Shown piece by piece: positions 27,352-37,500 of a stretch of 64,000 bases of DNA. The notes beneath the pieces are model-generated. The model did no database searches and was not told the origin of the DNA. It was given only the letters and a program-made list of their open reading frames with translations. The DNA is from a virus. Position numbers and translations under genes: made by a program. Location of the stretch: the IMG/VR virus record IMGVR_UViG_3300028024_000008, positions 89 to 64,088 of that record. The stretch is one strand, 5' to 3'. Each line of letters starts with the position of its first letter. Within the stretch, counting starts at the first letter, position 1.

Positions 27352-28008
27352 ATGATCCATTCGACCGCGAAATGGTCGGGCTCCATGGCCCGGCCGGAGA
27401 CGGCCTGGCGCGCGGATCCGGTCTGGGCCGGCGAGATGGTCGTCTGTGTCGCCTCTGGGGCCAGCCTGATGCAGGCGGATATCGATCTCTGCCGCGGCCG
27501 CCGGGTGATCGCCGTCAATGATTGCTGGCGCCTGGCGCCCTGGGCGGACTGCCTATTCGCCGCCGATGCCTCCTGGTGGCAGGCCAAGGGCCCGAGGCCC
27601 GATGAATTCGCTGGCATGCGGGTGACAACGGACCGGACCAACCCGCCCGGCTGCAAAGTGATGCTCTGGAACCGGATGACGGGACTGGCCGCCGATCGGC
27701 GCTATCTCTGCACCGGTGCCAATTCCGGATACTCGGCCGTCAATCTGGCGGTTCATCTGAACAACGGTACCGCGCCGATCGTGCTGCTCGGTTACGACAT
27801 GACCGGGGAACACTTCTTCGGCCGGCATCCGGAACCGCTCCGCAACCCTGAGGAATCGCATTTCCGGCAATGGCGCGAGAACTTCGCGACGCTGGCGGAA
27901 GCCGCGGCCAAGCGGGACCGGCCAATTGAGATCATCAATGCAAGCCGGGAAACGGCGCTGACCTGTTTTCCGTGCATGCCGCTCGAGGAGGCGCTGCAAC
28001 TTCAATGA
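27352..28008 (+). CDS. Maf/MptE (DUF115)-like transferase, copy 1
   Basis: VASGASL, VIAVND, NSGYSAVNLA, IVLLGYDM and IINASRETAL motifs. Confidence 0.65.
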   Translation: MIHSTAKWSGSMARPETAWRADPVWAGEMVVCVASGASLMQADIDLCRGRRVIAVNDCWRLAPWADCLFAADASWWQAKGPRPDEFAGMRVTTDRTNPPGCKVMLWNRMTGLAADRRYLCTGANSGYSAVNLAVHLNNGTAPIVLLGYDMTGEHFFGRHPEPLRNPEESHFRQWRENFATLAEAAAKRDRPIEIINASRETALTCFPCMPLEEALQLQ

Positions 28009-28403
28009 TCAAGATCACAAGCGAAGGCGGGAACGGTTCTGGCACCAAGATCACGGATACAGAAACCGGCTATGAGATTAATCGCTGGGCCGCCGGTCTC
28101 GACGTTTCAATCAAGAGCGCAGATAGCCCAGTTACGGCGCTCGTTCAGCTGGCAATGGTTGAGCTCGACATAGAGGCCGAGCGGGTCCGTTATGCGCTCT
28201 ATGATCCTGACACCCACCAATTGCGCGAGATCGCTCAAATTGTCTTCGCAGACGGCAAGACGCTGGATTTCAGCGGCAATGGCGCGCCGAGGCCGTTGCA
28301 GGACATGAATTTCGACCATGCGGTGAAGACGCTGCATCACTCGATCCAGTTCCGCACTCAGGCTGCGATCGATGCTTGCTTCGATCGGGATGCCGGGGTC
28401 TGA
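28005..28403 (+). CDS. Hypothetical protein
   Basis: ATGA and TGATG coupling at both ends. Confidence 0.6.
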   Translation: MIKITSEGGNGSGTKITDTETGYEINRWAAGLDVSIKSADSPVTALVQLAMVELDIEAERVRYALYDPDTHQLREIAQIVFADGKTLDFSGNGAPRPLQDMNFDHAVKTLHHSIQFRTQAAIDACFDRDAGV

Positions 28404-29587
28404 TGCCCTATCCTGATGTGATCGGCGAATATGAGACGATCGAGGCATGCAAGACGCGCTCGATCGCAAGGTTCGGTGACGGCGAGTTCAATCTGGCGGT
28501 TGGGCGCAAATGTGTCAGCCAGGAGGCCGATGATCGGCTCGCTGCCGAGCTGCGGGCGATCCTGGCCGGCCCGACCGCCTGCATGGTCGGGATCCCGAAC
28601 ATCGCACAGAGCCCGCGCGCCATCTCCTGGCAGAAATACGCCGATGGCCCGGCCGGGCAGCTGCTCGGCAAGGGCCCGTTCTATTCGAGTTTCATCACCC
28701 GGCCGGACAACGCGCCGCATATCGACACCCCGGCCTACTGGGATGCGATGTGGTCGCTCTGGCGCGGCAAGGATATCACTCTCGTGCTCGGCGATCGCCG
28801 CTCGCTGCGCCCGGAGATGCTCGCGGATGCCGCGCGCCTGACGGTGATCGAGGATCTGCGGCCAGTCACCGAGGGCGGCTGGACCAAGCATGCCTATCGG
28901 CATGTCGGCGAGATCGAGGAGCGCATCGGCACGCCGGCCGGTACCGTCATCATGTGCCTCGGCGCGACGGCAACGGTTCTCGCCGAACGCCTGGCGCGCA
29001 AAGGTGTCCATGCCCTGGATCTCGGCCATGCCGGCATGTTCGCCCGCCATGCCGGCATCTATCGCTACAGCCAGGACGATCTCTGCTCGCCGGCCTACCG
29101 GCAAATGCTCGCTCTGGTCCGAAAGAATGTGAAGGGCTGGGGCGGCGATGGCGCCAAACATGCCGATGAGGTGCGACGCCTGGTCGCTGAGTTCGAGGCG
29201 GTGACCATCCTGGATTATGGATGCGGCGCCGGGAAACTGGCTGACGCAATGTCGCCCCAACGCGTGATGCAGTATGACGCCGGCATCGAGGGCAGGGCCG
29301 GCATGCCGAAGCCGGTCGACCTGGCGGTCTGCACGGATGTATTGGAGCATGTCGAGCTGGAAAAGCTGGATGCAGTTCTCGATCATCTCTTCCGGCTCGC
29401 AGGCAAGGCGCTCTATGTCGTGATTTCGACCCGGCCGGCGAAAGCGGTTCTGCCCGACGGCCGCAACGCCCATTTGATCGTGCAGCCCGGGCCCTGGTGG
29501 GTCGCCAAGTTCCAGGAGCAGGGCTGGAAGGGTCCTTACCGCATCGAAGATGACGGCAAGGAAGTCAGGCTCTGGTTCAAGAAATGA
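28403..29587 (+). CDS. GT-D fold (DUF1792-like) glycosyltransferase fused to a class I SAM methyltransferase
   Basis: N-term SIARFGDGEF...CLGATATVLA...ALDLGH; C-term ILDYGCGAG...CTDVLEHV. Confidence 0.8.
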   Translation: MPYPDVIGEYETIEACKTRSIARFGDGEFNLAVGRKCVSQEADDRLAAELRAILAGPTACMVGIPNIAQSPRAISWQKYADGPAGQLLGKGPFYSSFITRPDNAPHIDTPAYWDAMWSLWRGKDITLVLGDRRSLRPEMLADAARLTVIEDLRPVTEGGWTKHAYRHVGEIEERIGTPAGTVIMCLGATATVLAERLARKGVHALDLGHAGMFARHAGIYRYSQDDLCSPAYRQMLALVRKNVKGWGGDGAKHADEVRRLVAEFEAVTILDYGCGAGKLADAMSPQRVMQYDAGIEGRAGMPKPVDLAVCTDVLEHVELEKLDAVLDHLFRLAGKALYVVISTRPAKAVLPDGRNAHLIVQPGPWWVAKFQEQGWKGPYRIEDDGKEVRLWFKK

Positions 29588-30207
29588 TCAGCCGCGCCGA
29601 CTGGTCGCCAAAGGTCAGCGATGAAGCCTTCGCTTTCCTGGCGATCCAGCGCGGCCGACTGAACGATATCGTCGGCAACCGGCCGGCATGGCTCGAAGCC
29701 TATAAGGCGTCGCTGTTCGACTGGTATGAGAATGCGCTGCCGTACCTGCCGGAGACCTGCGGGTCGATCTGCGATATCGGCGGCGGGATGGGCGGTATCG
29801 ATGCGCTGCTGAGTCGGCATTACGGTGGCGTCGATGTCTTCATCCTCGACGGCGTCGCCGATCAGCCGGTTTTCGCGCAGACCAACCGACCGTTCAATGA
29901 CATGCGGGTAACGGCTCGATTTCTGGCGGCGAACGGCGTCGAGACCTTCGGTTATTTCCCGCCGGGTGCCCGCTCGACGGAAACCAGGTTCGATCTGATC
30001 CTGAGCACGCAGGCCTGGGGCTTCCATCTCCCACCGGCGGCCTATGCCGAATTCGCCCTCGATGGCTGGCGGACCGGTACCCGCATGATCATCGATCTGC
30101 GGCGCGGCCGCAGCGACTGGCGCCAAGGGCTGGAAGCGGATTTCGGTCGGGCCGAGATCATTTATCAGGACTGCAAGTTCGAAAGGCTGGTCTTCGGGCA
30201 TGCCTGA
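29584..30207 (+). CDS. Class I SAM-dependent methyltransferase
   Basis: ICDIGGGMGGID and FDLILSTQAWGFH. Confidence 0.75.
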   Translation: MISRADWSPKVSDEAFAFLAIQRGRLNDIVGNRPAWLEAYKASLFDWYENALPYLPETCGSICDIGGGMGGIDALLSRHYGGVDVFILDGVADQPVFAQTNRPFNDMRVTARFLAANGVETFGYFPPGARSTETRFDLILSTQAWGFHLPPAAYAEFALDGWRTGTRMIIDLRRGRSDWRQGLEADFGRAEIIYQDCKFERLVFGHA

Positions 30208-30796
30208 CGTGATCACGGTCCTGGCGGGCGGCTGGTCGGCTGGTCTGCTGGACCTCGCACGGCTGCCGGGCTTCGTGATCGGGGTCAATGACAGCGCCAT
30301 CCATGCGCGCTGCGACCATGTCGTCTCGATGGACCGGCTCTGGACCGAGCATCGGGCGGCGCATCTCGCCTTCTGCAATGTGCCGGCGCATATCCGCGGC
30401 GCGGCACTAAAGAACGTGAAGCCGTGGCCGGCGCTGCAGCGGTTCGATTGCGATCATAGGTCAGCCGTGTTCTCGGACGACCCCGGCATCCTGAACGGGA
30501 CGAATTCCGGGCTCTGTGCCTTCAATCTCGCCTACCAGATGCGGCCGAAGCAGATCTTCCTGGTCGGCTTCGATATGCAGCGCGGGCCGAATGGGGAAGG
30601 GCACTGGTTCCAGGATTACAGCTGGGCGCCAGGCGGGGCGACCAAACAGGGCAAATACAATGCCTGGGCAATGGAATTCCATTGCGCCGGCGGCAAATGC
30701 TCTGCGGCCGGAATCGAGGTTTTGAATATTGGTGAGCGGTCACTGATCGACGCTTTCCCGAAGATCAACAGCAAGGATTTCGGTCGTTACCAATGA
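30200..30796 (+). CDS. Maf/MptE (DUF115)-like transferase, copy 2
   Basis: VLAGGWS, VIGVNDS, NSGLCAFNLA and IFLVGFDM. Confidence 0.65.
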   Translation: MPDVITVLAGGWSAGLLDLARLPGFVIGVNDSAIHARCDHVVSMDRLWTEHRAAHLAFCNVPAHIRGAALKNVKPWPALQRFDCDHRSAVFSDDPGILNGTNSGLCAFNLAYQMRPKQIFLVGFDMQRGPNGEGHWFQDYSWAPGGATKQGKYNAWAMEFHCAGGKCSAAGIEVLNIGERSLIDAFPKINSKDFGRYQ

Positions 30797-31488
30797 GAGA
30801 TGTGACGTTCTGCCTCGCCTATTACCTGAATCGAGGCATGTTGCGGGAGCAATACCGCCAGCTCCGCGCGCTGCCCGCCGACCTGAAAGAACATCTTCGT
30901 CTCATCGTCGTCGATGACGGCTCGCCGGATCCGGCCTGGGCCGATGATCTCGGCTTCCCGATGCGTCTCTACCGGATGCAGAAGGACATCGCCTGGAACC
31001 AGGACGCCTGCCGCAACCTGGCGGTCAAGGAGGCCGAAACCGACTGGGTGCTGATGACGGATATGGATCATGTCGTTCCGGAGCAGACCTGGCGCCGCGT
31101 CGTCACCGGCAGCCTCGATCCGAACACCGCCTATCGCTTCGCCCGCGTCTCGATGCCGAAGCGCGACGCTTATAAGCCGCATCCCAACAGCTGGCTGATG
31201 ACGACAGCGGTCTTCGAGAAGGCCGGCGGCTATGACGAACGCTTCGCCGGCTATTACGGCACCGATGGTGACTTCGTCGGCCGGCTGAGCGCCCAGGCGC
31301 CGATCGAGCAGCTGAAGGAGCACATCATCCGCTACCCGCGCGAGGTCATTCCGGATGCCTCGACGACGACCCTGGCGCGGAAGTCGGAAGAGAACGGCGA
31401 GGCGATCAAGCGGATCAAGGCCGAGCGCAAGCTGGAAACCGATGGCCGCCCGAAGCGCTATCAGACGCCCTGGGAGCGCCTTGCCTGA
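30793..31488 (+). CDS. GT-A fold glycosyltransferase (GT2/GT7-like)
   Basis: IVVDDGS, ACRNLA, MTDMDH and GGYDERFAGYYGTDGDF. Confidence 0.85.
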   Translation: MRDVTFCLAYYLNRGMLREQYRQLRALPADLKEHLRLIVVDDGSPDPAWADDLGFPMRLYRMQKDIAWNQDACRNLAVKEAETDWVLMTDMDHVVPEQTWRRVVTGSLDPNTAYRFARVSMPKRDAYKPHPNSWLMTTAVFEKAGGYDERFAGYYGTDGDFVGRLSAQAPIEQLKEHIIRYPREVIPDASTTTLARKSEENGEAIKRIKAERKLETDGRPKRYQTPWERLA

Positions 31489-31490
31489 TC

Positions 31491-32198
31491 ATGCTGTCGA
31501 TCGTCTGCTTTAAATGGAAACCGAAGGGCGCCTATCGGTCGACCTTCGGGCCTCAGACCGTCAACATCCTGAAGCGCATGGTTGGCCGGCATTATGCCAA
31601 GCCGCACCGCGTGATCTGCGTCACCGATGACGCGCGCGATATCGATCCGGATGTCGAGATCGTGCCGCTCTGGGACGATTATGCCAACGTGCCGTCACCG
31701 CATGGTGCCGGCAATCCGAGCTGCTACCGCCGCCTGAAGGCCTACAGCAAGGAGGCGGCCGACTGGTTCGGCCCGCGCTTCGTGATCCTCGACCTGGACT
31801 GCGTCATCGTGCGCGACATGGTGCCGGTCTGGGACACGCCGACGGATTTCTGCATCTGGGGCGATACCAACCCGACGAGCCCGTATAACGGCTCGATGCA
31901 GCTGATGAATGCTGGCGCCAGGGCGCAGGTCTGGGAGACCTTCGATCCGATCGAAAGCCCGAAGCGGTCAAAGGCGATGGGGTATTTCGGGTCGGATCAG
32001 GGCTGGATCGCCGCCTGCCTCGGCCCGAACGAGAATAAATGGTCGACCGTCAACGGGGTCTATAGCTACCGCAATCACATAGCACGCGCCGGCGGCAAGT
32101 TGCCGGCGAACGCGCGGATCGCCTTTTTTCACGGTCAAACGGATCCATGGCATCCCCAGGCGCAAGCACTGGACTGGGTGAGGGAGCATTACCGCTGA
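31491..32198 (+). CDS. GT-A fold glycosyltransferase (GT8-like)
   Basis: VCFKW, VICVTDD, ILDLDCVI, GSDQGWI and FFHGQTDPW. Confidence 0.75.
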   Translation: MLSIVCFKWKPKGAYRSTFGPQTVNILKRMVGRHYAKPHRVICVTDDARDIDPDVEIVPLWDDYANVPSPHGAGNPSCYRRLKAYSKEAADWFGPRFVILDLDCVIVRDMVPVWDTPTDFCIWGDTNPTSPYNGSMQLMNAGARAQVWETFDPIESPKRSKAMGYFGSDQGWIAACLGPNENKWSTVNGVYSYRNHIARAGGKLPANARIAFFHGQTDPWHPQAQALDWVREHYR

Positions 32199-32905
32199 TG
32201 GCCGAAGATTTCAGCCGCATCGTCGATCTTGGCGCCGAGCTGCAGCGCGATCTCGCACAGTTGTTGCCGCAGGAAGTCAAGGAACTGCATATCACCTATG
32301 CCAAAGAGGTGAAGGCCTCGGAAATGTCGGCCAGCGGCTTCCGGCCGGCCGAAGTGCAGACCATCGTCGACGGCCGGACGCCGGCGGCAGAGGAACAGGT
32401 GCAGCCCTTCGGCATCATTGCTTACCGGTTCGGCTCGATCGTCGATGTGGCCTTCGAGGTCCGTGATCTGCTGATCGAGAAGTCGCCGAAGGGCGAAACC
32501 GGGCTCTATGCCTCAAGCTGGTTTGCCATCGTCAACGGCGAGCCGGTGGCCTGGGAGGCGCTCGAGCAGACCTGGAAGCCGGGCCAGGAGATCTGGATCA
32601 GCAACGACCAGCCGTATTCGCGCATCCTGGAGATGGGCGCTGATCCCAATGGGCCGCTGCGCGTCTTCAAGGTGCCGGCGCACACGACGCAGAAGATCCT
32701 GCCGGAGGCCCGCAGCCGATTCGGCAATCTGGTGCGCATCAATGACACCTTCATCGACCTGCATGGTCCCGGAACCGGAAAGGCCAAGCCAAGCCCGACG
32801 CATGGTAGCTCGGTCCCCTGGATCCTGCAGAATTCGCAGGGCCGCAAGGGCCGGCTGGCTGGCGACCCGATCAACTATCCTGCCGTGGTCATCACACCGC
32901 TATGA
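32198..32905 (+). CDS. Tail completion (neck) protein
   Basis: Position before the tail terminator; IWISNDQPYSRILEMG. Confidence 0.65.
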   Translation: MAEDFSRIVDLGAELQRDLAQLLPQEVKELHITYAKEVKASEMSASGFRPAEVQTIVDGRTPAAEEQVQPFGIIAYRFGSIVDVAFEVRDLLIEKSPKGETGLYASSWFAIVNGEPVAWEALEQTWKPGQEIWISNDQPYSRILEMGADPNGPLRVFKVPAHTTQKILPEARSRFGNLVRINDTFIDLHGPGTGKAKPSPTHGSSVPWILQNSQGRKGRLAGDPINYPAVVITPL

Positions 32906-33333
32906 ACATCATCGAAGCCCGCCAGGCCGTGAAGCAATACGTCACCGATCACTGGACGACGACGCCGGTCGTCTGGCCCAACCCGGCCCGGCCCGGAAAG
33001 GGACCGCCGAAGAAGATATCGGACATCGATCCACACTGGATCGCCCTCGAACTTCTCGACCTCAGGGCGGATACCGGCCTCGGTGAAGCCGGCAGCCGTT
33101 TCGCGCAGGATGACGGCCTCTTCATCATCAATGCCTTCGCGCCGGTGATGACCGAAGAAGACGCGATCTGGAACATCACCTTTCAGTTCAGCGAGATGTT
33201 CCGCGCGCTGAAACTCGATGGCTTGCAATTCATGTCGCCGCGCATTCAGCCATCGGCCACGAAGGCCAGCGATGACGGCGCTTGGTACGCCCTGACGGCG
33301 ACGGTGCCATTCATGCTCTTAGGTACCGTCTGA
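32902..33333 (+). CDS. Tail terminator protein
   Basis: TPVVWPN, DDGLFIINAFAP and WYALTATVPF. Confidence 0.7.
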   Translation: MNIIEARQAVKQYVTDHWTTTPVVWPNPARPGKGPPKKISDIDPHWIALELLDLRADTGLGEAGSRFAQDDGLFIINAFAPVMTEEDAIWNITFQFSEMFRALKLDGLQFMSPRIQPSATKASDDGAWYALTATVPFMLLGTV

Positions 33334-33413
33334 TAGACGGGCAGCCCTCATAGCCCTTGGGCAAGGCAGTGATCGAGGCGCCTCCGGGCGCCTTTTTCTT
33401 TATGGAGCCCCCT

Positions 33414-33878
33414 ATGACGACCACAACTCCGTTACCAGCCTCTGGTTCCAAGCTCTATATCGGCGGCATCGGCGCCCTCGATTCCGAAACCGGTTGGACC
33501 TTGATCGGCAACGTCATCACCATGGGTGAATACGGCGCCAAGGACGACACGATCGACTATGTCGATCTCGGCTCCGGCATCCATATCAAATTGAAGGGGC
33601 CGACCAATGCCGGCGCCATGGCCGCGACGCTTGCTAAGATCCCGAGCGACGCCGGGCAGGCGGCTCTTAAGGCCGCCTATGAGGACAAGGTCAATGACTA
33701 TAATTTCAAGGTTGAATGGCCGGACCGTCCGTCGCATAGCGGTGGCACGCCCTCGACTGAAAAGTTCAAGGGCAAGGTCATGGGCTACACGACCAATATC
33801 CAGAACGCGAACAGCGTCATCCAGGCCGGCGTCGCGATCGAGCTGAACAGCGTGCCGGAATTCATCCCGGCAGCCTGA
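33414..33878 (+). CDS. Major tail tube protein
   Basis: ASGSKLYIG, WTLIGNVITMGEYG and DAGQAALKAA. Confidence 0.85.
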   Translation: MTTTTPLPASGSKLYIGGIGALDSETGWTLIGNVITMGEYGAKDDTIDYVDLGSGIHIKLKGPTNAGAMAATLAKIPSDAGQAALKAAYEDKVNDYNFKVEWPDRPSHSGGTPSTEKFKGKVMGYTTNIQNANSVIQAGVAIELNSVPEFIPAA

Positions 33879-33899
33879 CACATAATCCCTTCTGACCCG

Positions 33900-33930
33900 A
33901 CCGCCGCAATCCCTGCGGCGGTTTTCTTTT
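33900..33930 (+). terminator. Intrinsic terminator after the tail tube gene
   Basis: ACCGCCGCA-atccc-TGCGGCGGT followed by TTTCTTTT. Confidence 0.7.
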
Positions 33931-33939
33931 GGAGCAACC

Positions 33940-34290
33940 ATGTCGAATTTGAATGACGGCGAAGTGCAGATTGTCCTCGGCGACGAAACCGTCACCCTGG
34001 AGCCGACGATCGAGGCCGTGAAATCACTCTCGCGGCTCTATGGCGGCCTGCAGGGTGCCCTGAAAGCCTGCAGCAACCAGGATATCGAGGCGCAGGCGGC
34101 GATCGTGCAGATCGGCGCCAATATCGAAGACAAGGCCGATATCAAGACGCTACCGCTGCGGATCTATAAGGCCGGCATGCTGAAGACGACGCCGCTGCTC
34201 AACGATTACATCCTGATGCTGATGAATGGCGGCAAGCCGCTGGTCGAGCAGACCGACAGCGGAAACGACGCGGGAAACTCACCTGGCTGA
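33940..34290 (+). CDS. Tail assembly chaperone (gpG-like)
   Basis: Between tail tube and tape measure genes; slippery site near its end. Confidence 0.8.
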   Translation: MSNLNDGEVQIVLGDETVTLEPTIEAVKSLSRLYGGLQGALKACSNQDIEAQAAIVQIGANIEDKADIKTLPLRIYKAGMLKTTPLLNDYILMLMNGGKPLVEQTDSGNDAGNSPG

Positions 34291-34529
34291 GCATTGAGGA
34301 CTACTGCGTCCACCTCTACGGCATCGCTAGAGGGGTGCTCGGCTTTAACGAACGCGAGGCAATGCGGACACCGATGCCTCGGATCGAAATCGCCCACAAG
34401 GCACGGCTCGATTTCGAGATCGACATCAATCCCATGATCAAGAAACCGGAAGCGTTTCCGATTCCGACGCAAACGCCGGAGGAGTTCTTCGCAATGCTGA
34501 GGCGCAGGAATAAGGCCAAGAATGGCTGA
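34272..34529 (+). CDS. -1 frameshift extension of the tail chaperone (gpGT-like)
   Basis: G GGA AAC heptamer at 34272-34278 in the correct phase; the -1 frame is open to 34529. Confidence 0.8.
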   Translation, partial: GKLTWLSIEDYCVHLYGIARGVLGFNEREAMRTPMPRIEIAHKARLDFEIDINPMIKKPEAFPIPTQTPEEFFAMLRRRNKAKNG

Positions 34530-37500
34530 CACCTATCAGAAGATCTATCAGGTCGTCATCGACGCCTCGAAGGCGAGGACGGGTGGCGCTGAGCTGGTCA
34601 ACGCCATCAACCAGATCATCCAGGCTGGCGGCCAGGCACAGACCGCGACGGCCAGCCTCTCCAGGCTGAGTGATCAGGTCGATGCGATTGCGCGCAGGGT
34701 GACGCCGGGGCTGCGGGATTCCCAGGCCTATGCGGCGTCACTGGCGCGGATCGGACAGCTTGCAGAGGCCAGCGGCAAGCCACTCTCGGACTACGCCGAC
34801 CTGATCGATCTCGTTACCCTGAAATACGACGCCAGCGCCCGCGCGGCCAAGGTCTTCCAGGATGCCAACAGTGCCGCGATTGCATCGCTGAGCCAGGTCA
34901 ATTTGGCCCAGCTCGCCGAGCAGCAGGCCAATCAATACCAATCGCTTCTGAATGATCGCATCCAGCTTGCCGGGTCGAACCGTGTATCGCAGACCAGCGG
35001 ATCGACCGAGGCGCCATTTGCGGCCGTTCCGACCGCCAATAACACCGCCCTCGCGGCGCTCTTGAAGCAGCAGGAAGAAGAGGAACAGCAACAAGCCGCC
35101 GCACAAGCTCGCCTTCAGGCCTTCACGGCGAAATATGAGCCGCTAACGGCCGCGACTCAGCGCTATACCGCCGCCGTCGCCGAACTCAAAGCGATGCGCA
35201 GTGCTGACGAGATCAGCGAGGAACGCTACACCGCAGCGCTCAAGATCGAACAGACGGCCCTCGATGCCGTGACGGCTGCCCAAGCGCGAGCCGCCAAGGG
35301 TGGCGGCTCGCTCTTCGGCCTCAATAATATCGGCCGCATGGAATTGCAGGCCTCGGCGATCAACTTCGTCCAGGGCATCTCCGCCGGCATCTCTCCCCTT
35401 CGCATGCTTCAAACCGAGGCGCCACAGGTCTTCGGCGCCTTTATCCAGGGCGGTTTGAAGGTCAGCGCCTCGATGATTGGCATGGGTGCTGCGATCACTG
35501 GCGCGGCGCTTGTGGTGGGCGGCATCGGATACGCTTTTGAAGCGGGTTCAAAGCAGGCCAACGCCTTTAACCAGGCGATGCGGCTGACGGCGGACTCGTC
35601 CGGCATGACGAGCACGCGCCTCGAACAGATCATCGCTTCGGCGCAGAAATTCAGCGATATCGGCGCCCTGTCTGCTCGCTCCGTCGCGACAGAGATGACG
35701 GCCAGCGGCAAGCTCAGCGCCGATGTCATCGAACGACTGACCGGCCTGACCGAGGATTATGCCAGGGCCACCGGCCAGACGGCTGAAAAAGCCGGTACCG
35801 AGCTGACCAAGCTCTTCAGCGACCCCAAACAGGGGATGCAGCAGCTTGACGATCAGTACAATCTCCTCGATCAGCAGCAGCGCCGTTATATCGAGCAGCT
35901 CATTGCTCAGGGCGATCGGACCGGGGCGCAGATCGCGCTCTCGGATGCCCTGGCTGGTCGCATCCACAACGTTGCCGACAATGTCGGGTATCTCGGGCAG
36001 GTCCTAAAAGAAGGTGGTCGTCTCTGGCAGGATTTCTGGAACGCCGCCGACAACATCGGGCGCCCGGAGACGACCGGGCAGAAGCTTGACGATCTGGATG
36101 CGAAGATCAAGAAGCTGCAGGCCGACCGGGATGCCCAGAGCCATGCATTGCTTGGGCAATTTCTGCCGTTCTCGGGTCAAAATCGCCTTCAGGACCTCAT
36201 CAATCAGCGCTCCATCGTCCAGGCTCAGCAGGCCGCCGAAGAGCAGAAGGCCCAGTCCGACGCCGCAGCAGCCCAGTTTAAGACGCTCACCAAGAACGTG
36301 GGCGACGCGGCAGAAAAATACGATACCTTCACCACCAAGCAGAAGGCGCTGACGCTCGAAGTCAGCAATTATGCCAATGCCCTGAGACAACTCTATGCGG
36401 TAGCGCCTCACGCAGGTCCGCAGGGCGCGGCTTCATCTGCCCGCGATCAGGCCATTCTCGATGCCCAGACAGCGCAGCGCTTTGCCGCCGCCGAACTGGC
36501 GGCGATGCGGACGCCACAGGATGAGGCCATTGCCCGGTCGAATATCGATAAGCAGGTAGCGGCCGCCGGTCCGATTGCCCGGGCGGCGCTGCAGGCGCGC
36601 CTGACCGCCGAAGATGCCGCCCGGCATAACGTGCAGATCCTGGCGCAGCCGAATGCCGAGGACCTGATCAAGCAGCAGGGCTCTTTGGCGGCCGAAAACG
36701 CGATCCGCCAGCAGACGACCGCTGTCCGTGACCAGAATGCCCAGCTCGATCTCAATGCCCGGCTGACCCTGGCCACCGGCGAAGCCTGGATGAAATCGGC
36801 CACCGAGGGCGCCATGGCCGCGGCGCGGCAGCAAGCCGCCGTCGAGGCGCTGACCCAGCCGATCAATGTCGGCGCCCGCACGCTGCAGATCCTCAACCAG
36901 CAGGTCAACGAAGCCGTCACCGCCGGCGCGCAGCAGGTCCGCTCGCTTGATGACCAGGTCGCGGCTCAGCAGCGCCTGGCCGCTGCCGCCAAGGACGGCC
37001 CGCTCGCTGAGCATCAGGCCGAGGTTACCAACCAGATTGCTGCGGCAACCAAGGACCTGAACGATAAGCTGCAATTGGCTTTTGCGACGAAAAACACGAA
37101 GGCAGCAGCCGACCTGCAGGCCGAAATAGCGGGGATTGCGCAGAGGACCAGAGATGCCGATGCCGCCGCGAAGGAATATGCCAACAACCATTGGCTGACC
37201 AACGCCGTGACGGACCAGGGCTATCAGAAGCAGCTCCTACAGGTCCAGCTCGCCAATGTCGGCGCAAACGATAACCAGCAGCAGAGAGCGTTGGCGATCG
37301 CTCAGGCGCAGATCGATCTCGTGAAGCAGCATATCGATCTTCAGAGCGAGCAGGCAAAGAACTACGTCCAGGGCGCCGCTGATCTCGCCGACTATAATGC
37401 CGAGCTGACCCGGCAGAAGGCGATCGCCTCCGAGCTACCGAATGCCTTCGACCAGGCCTTCGACCGGATCGGCCAGGCCGTTACCCAGTTCGCGGTGCAG

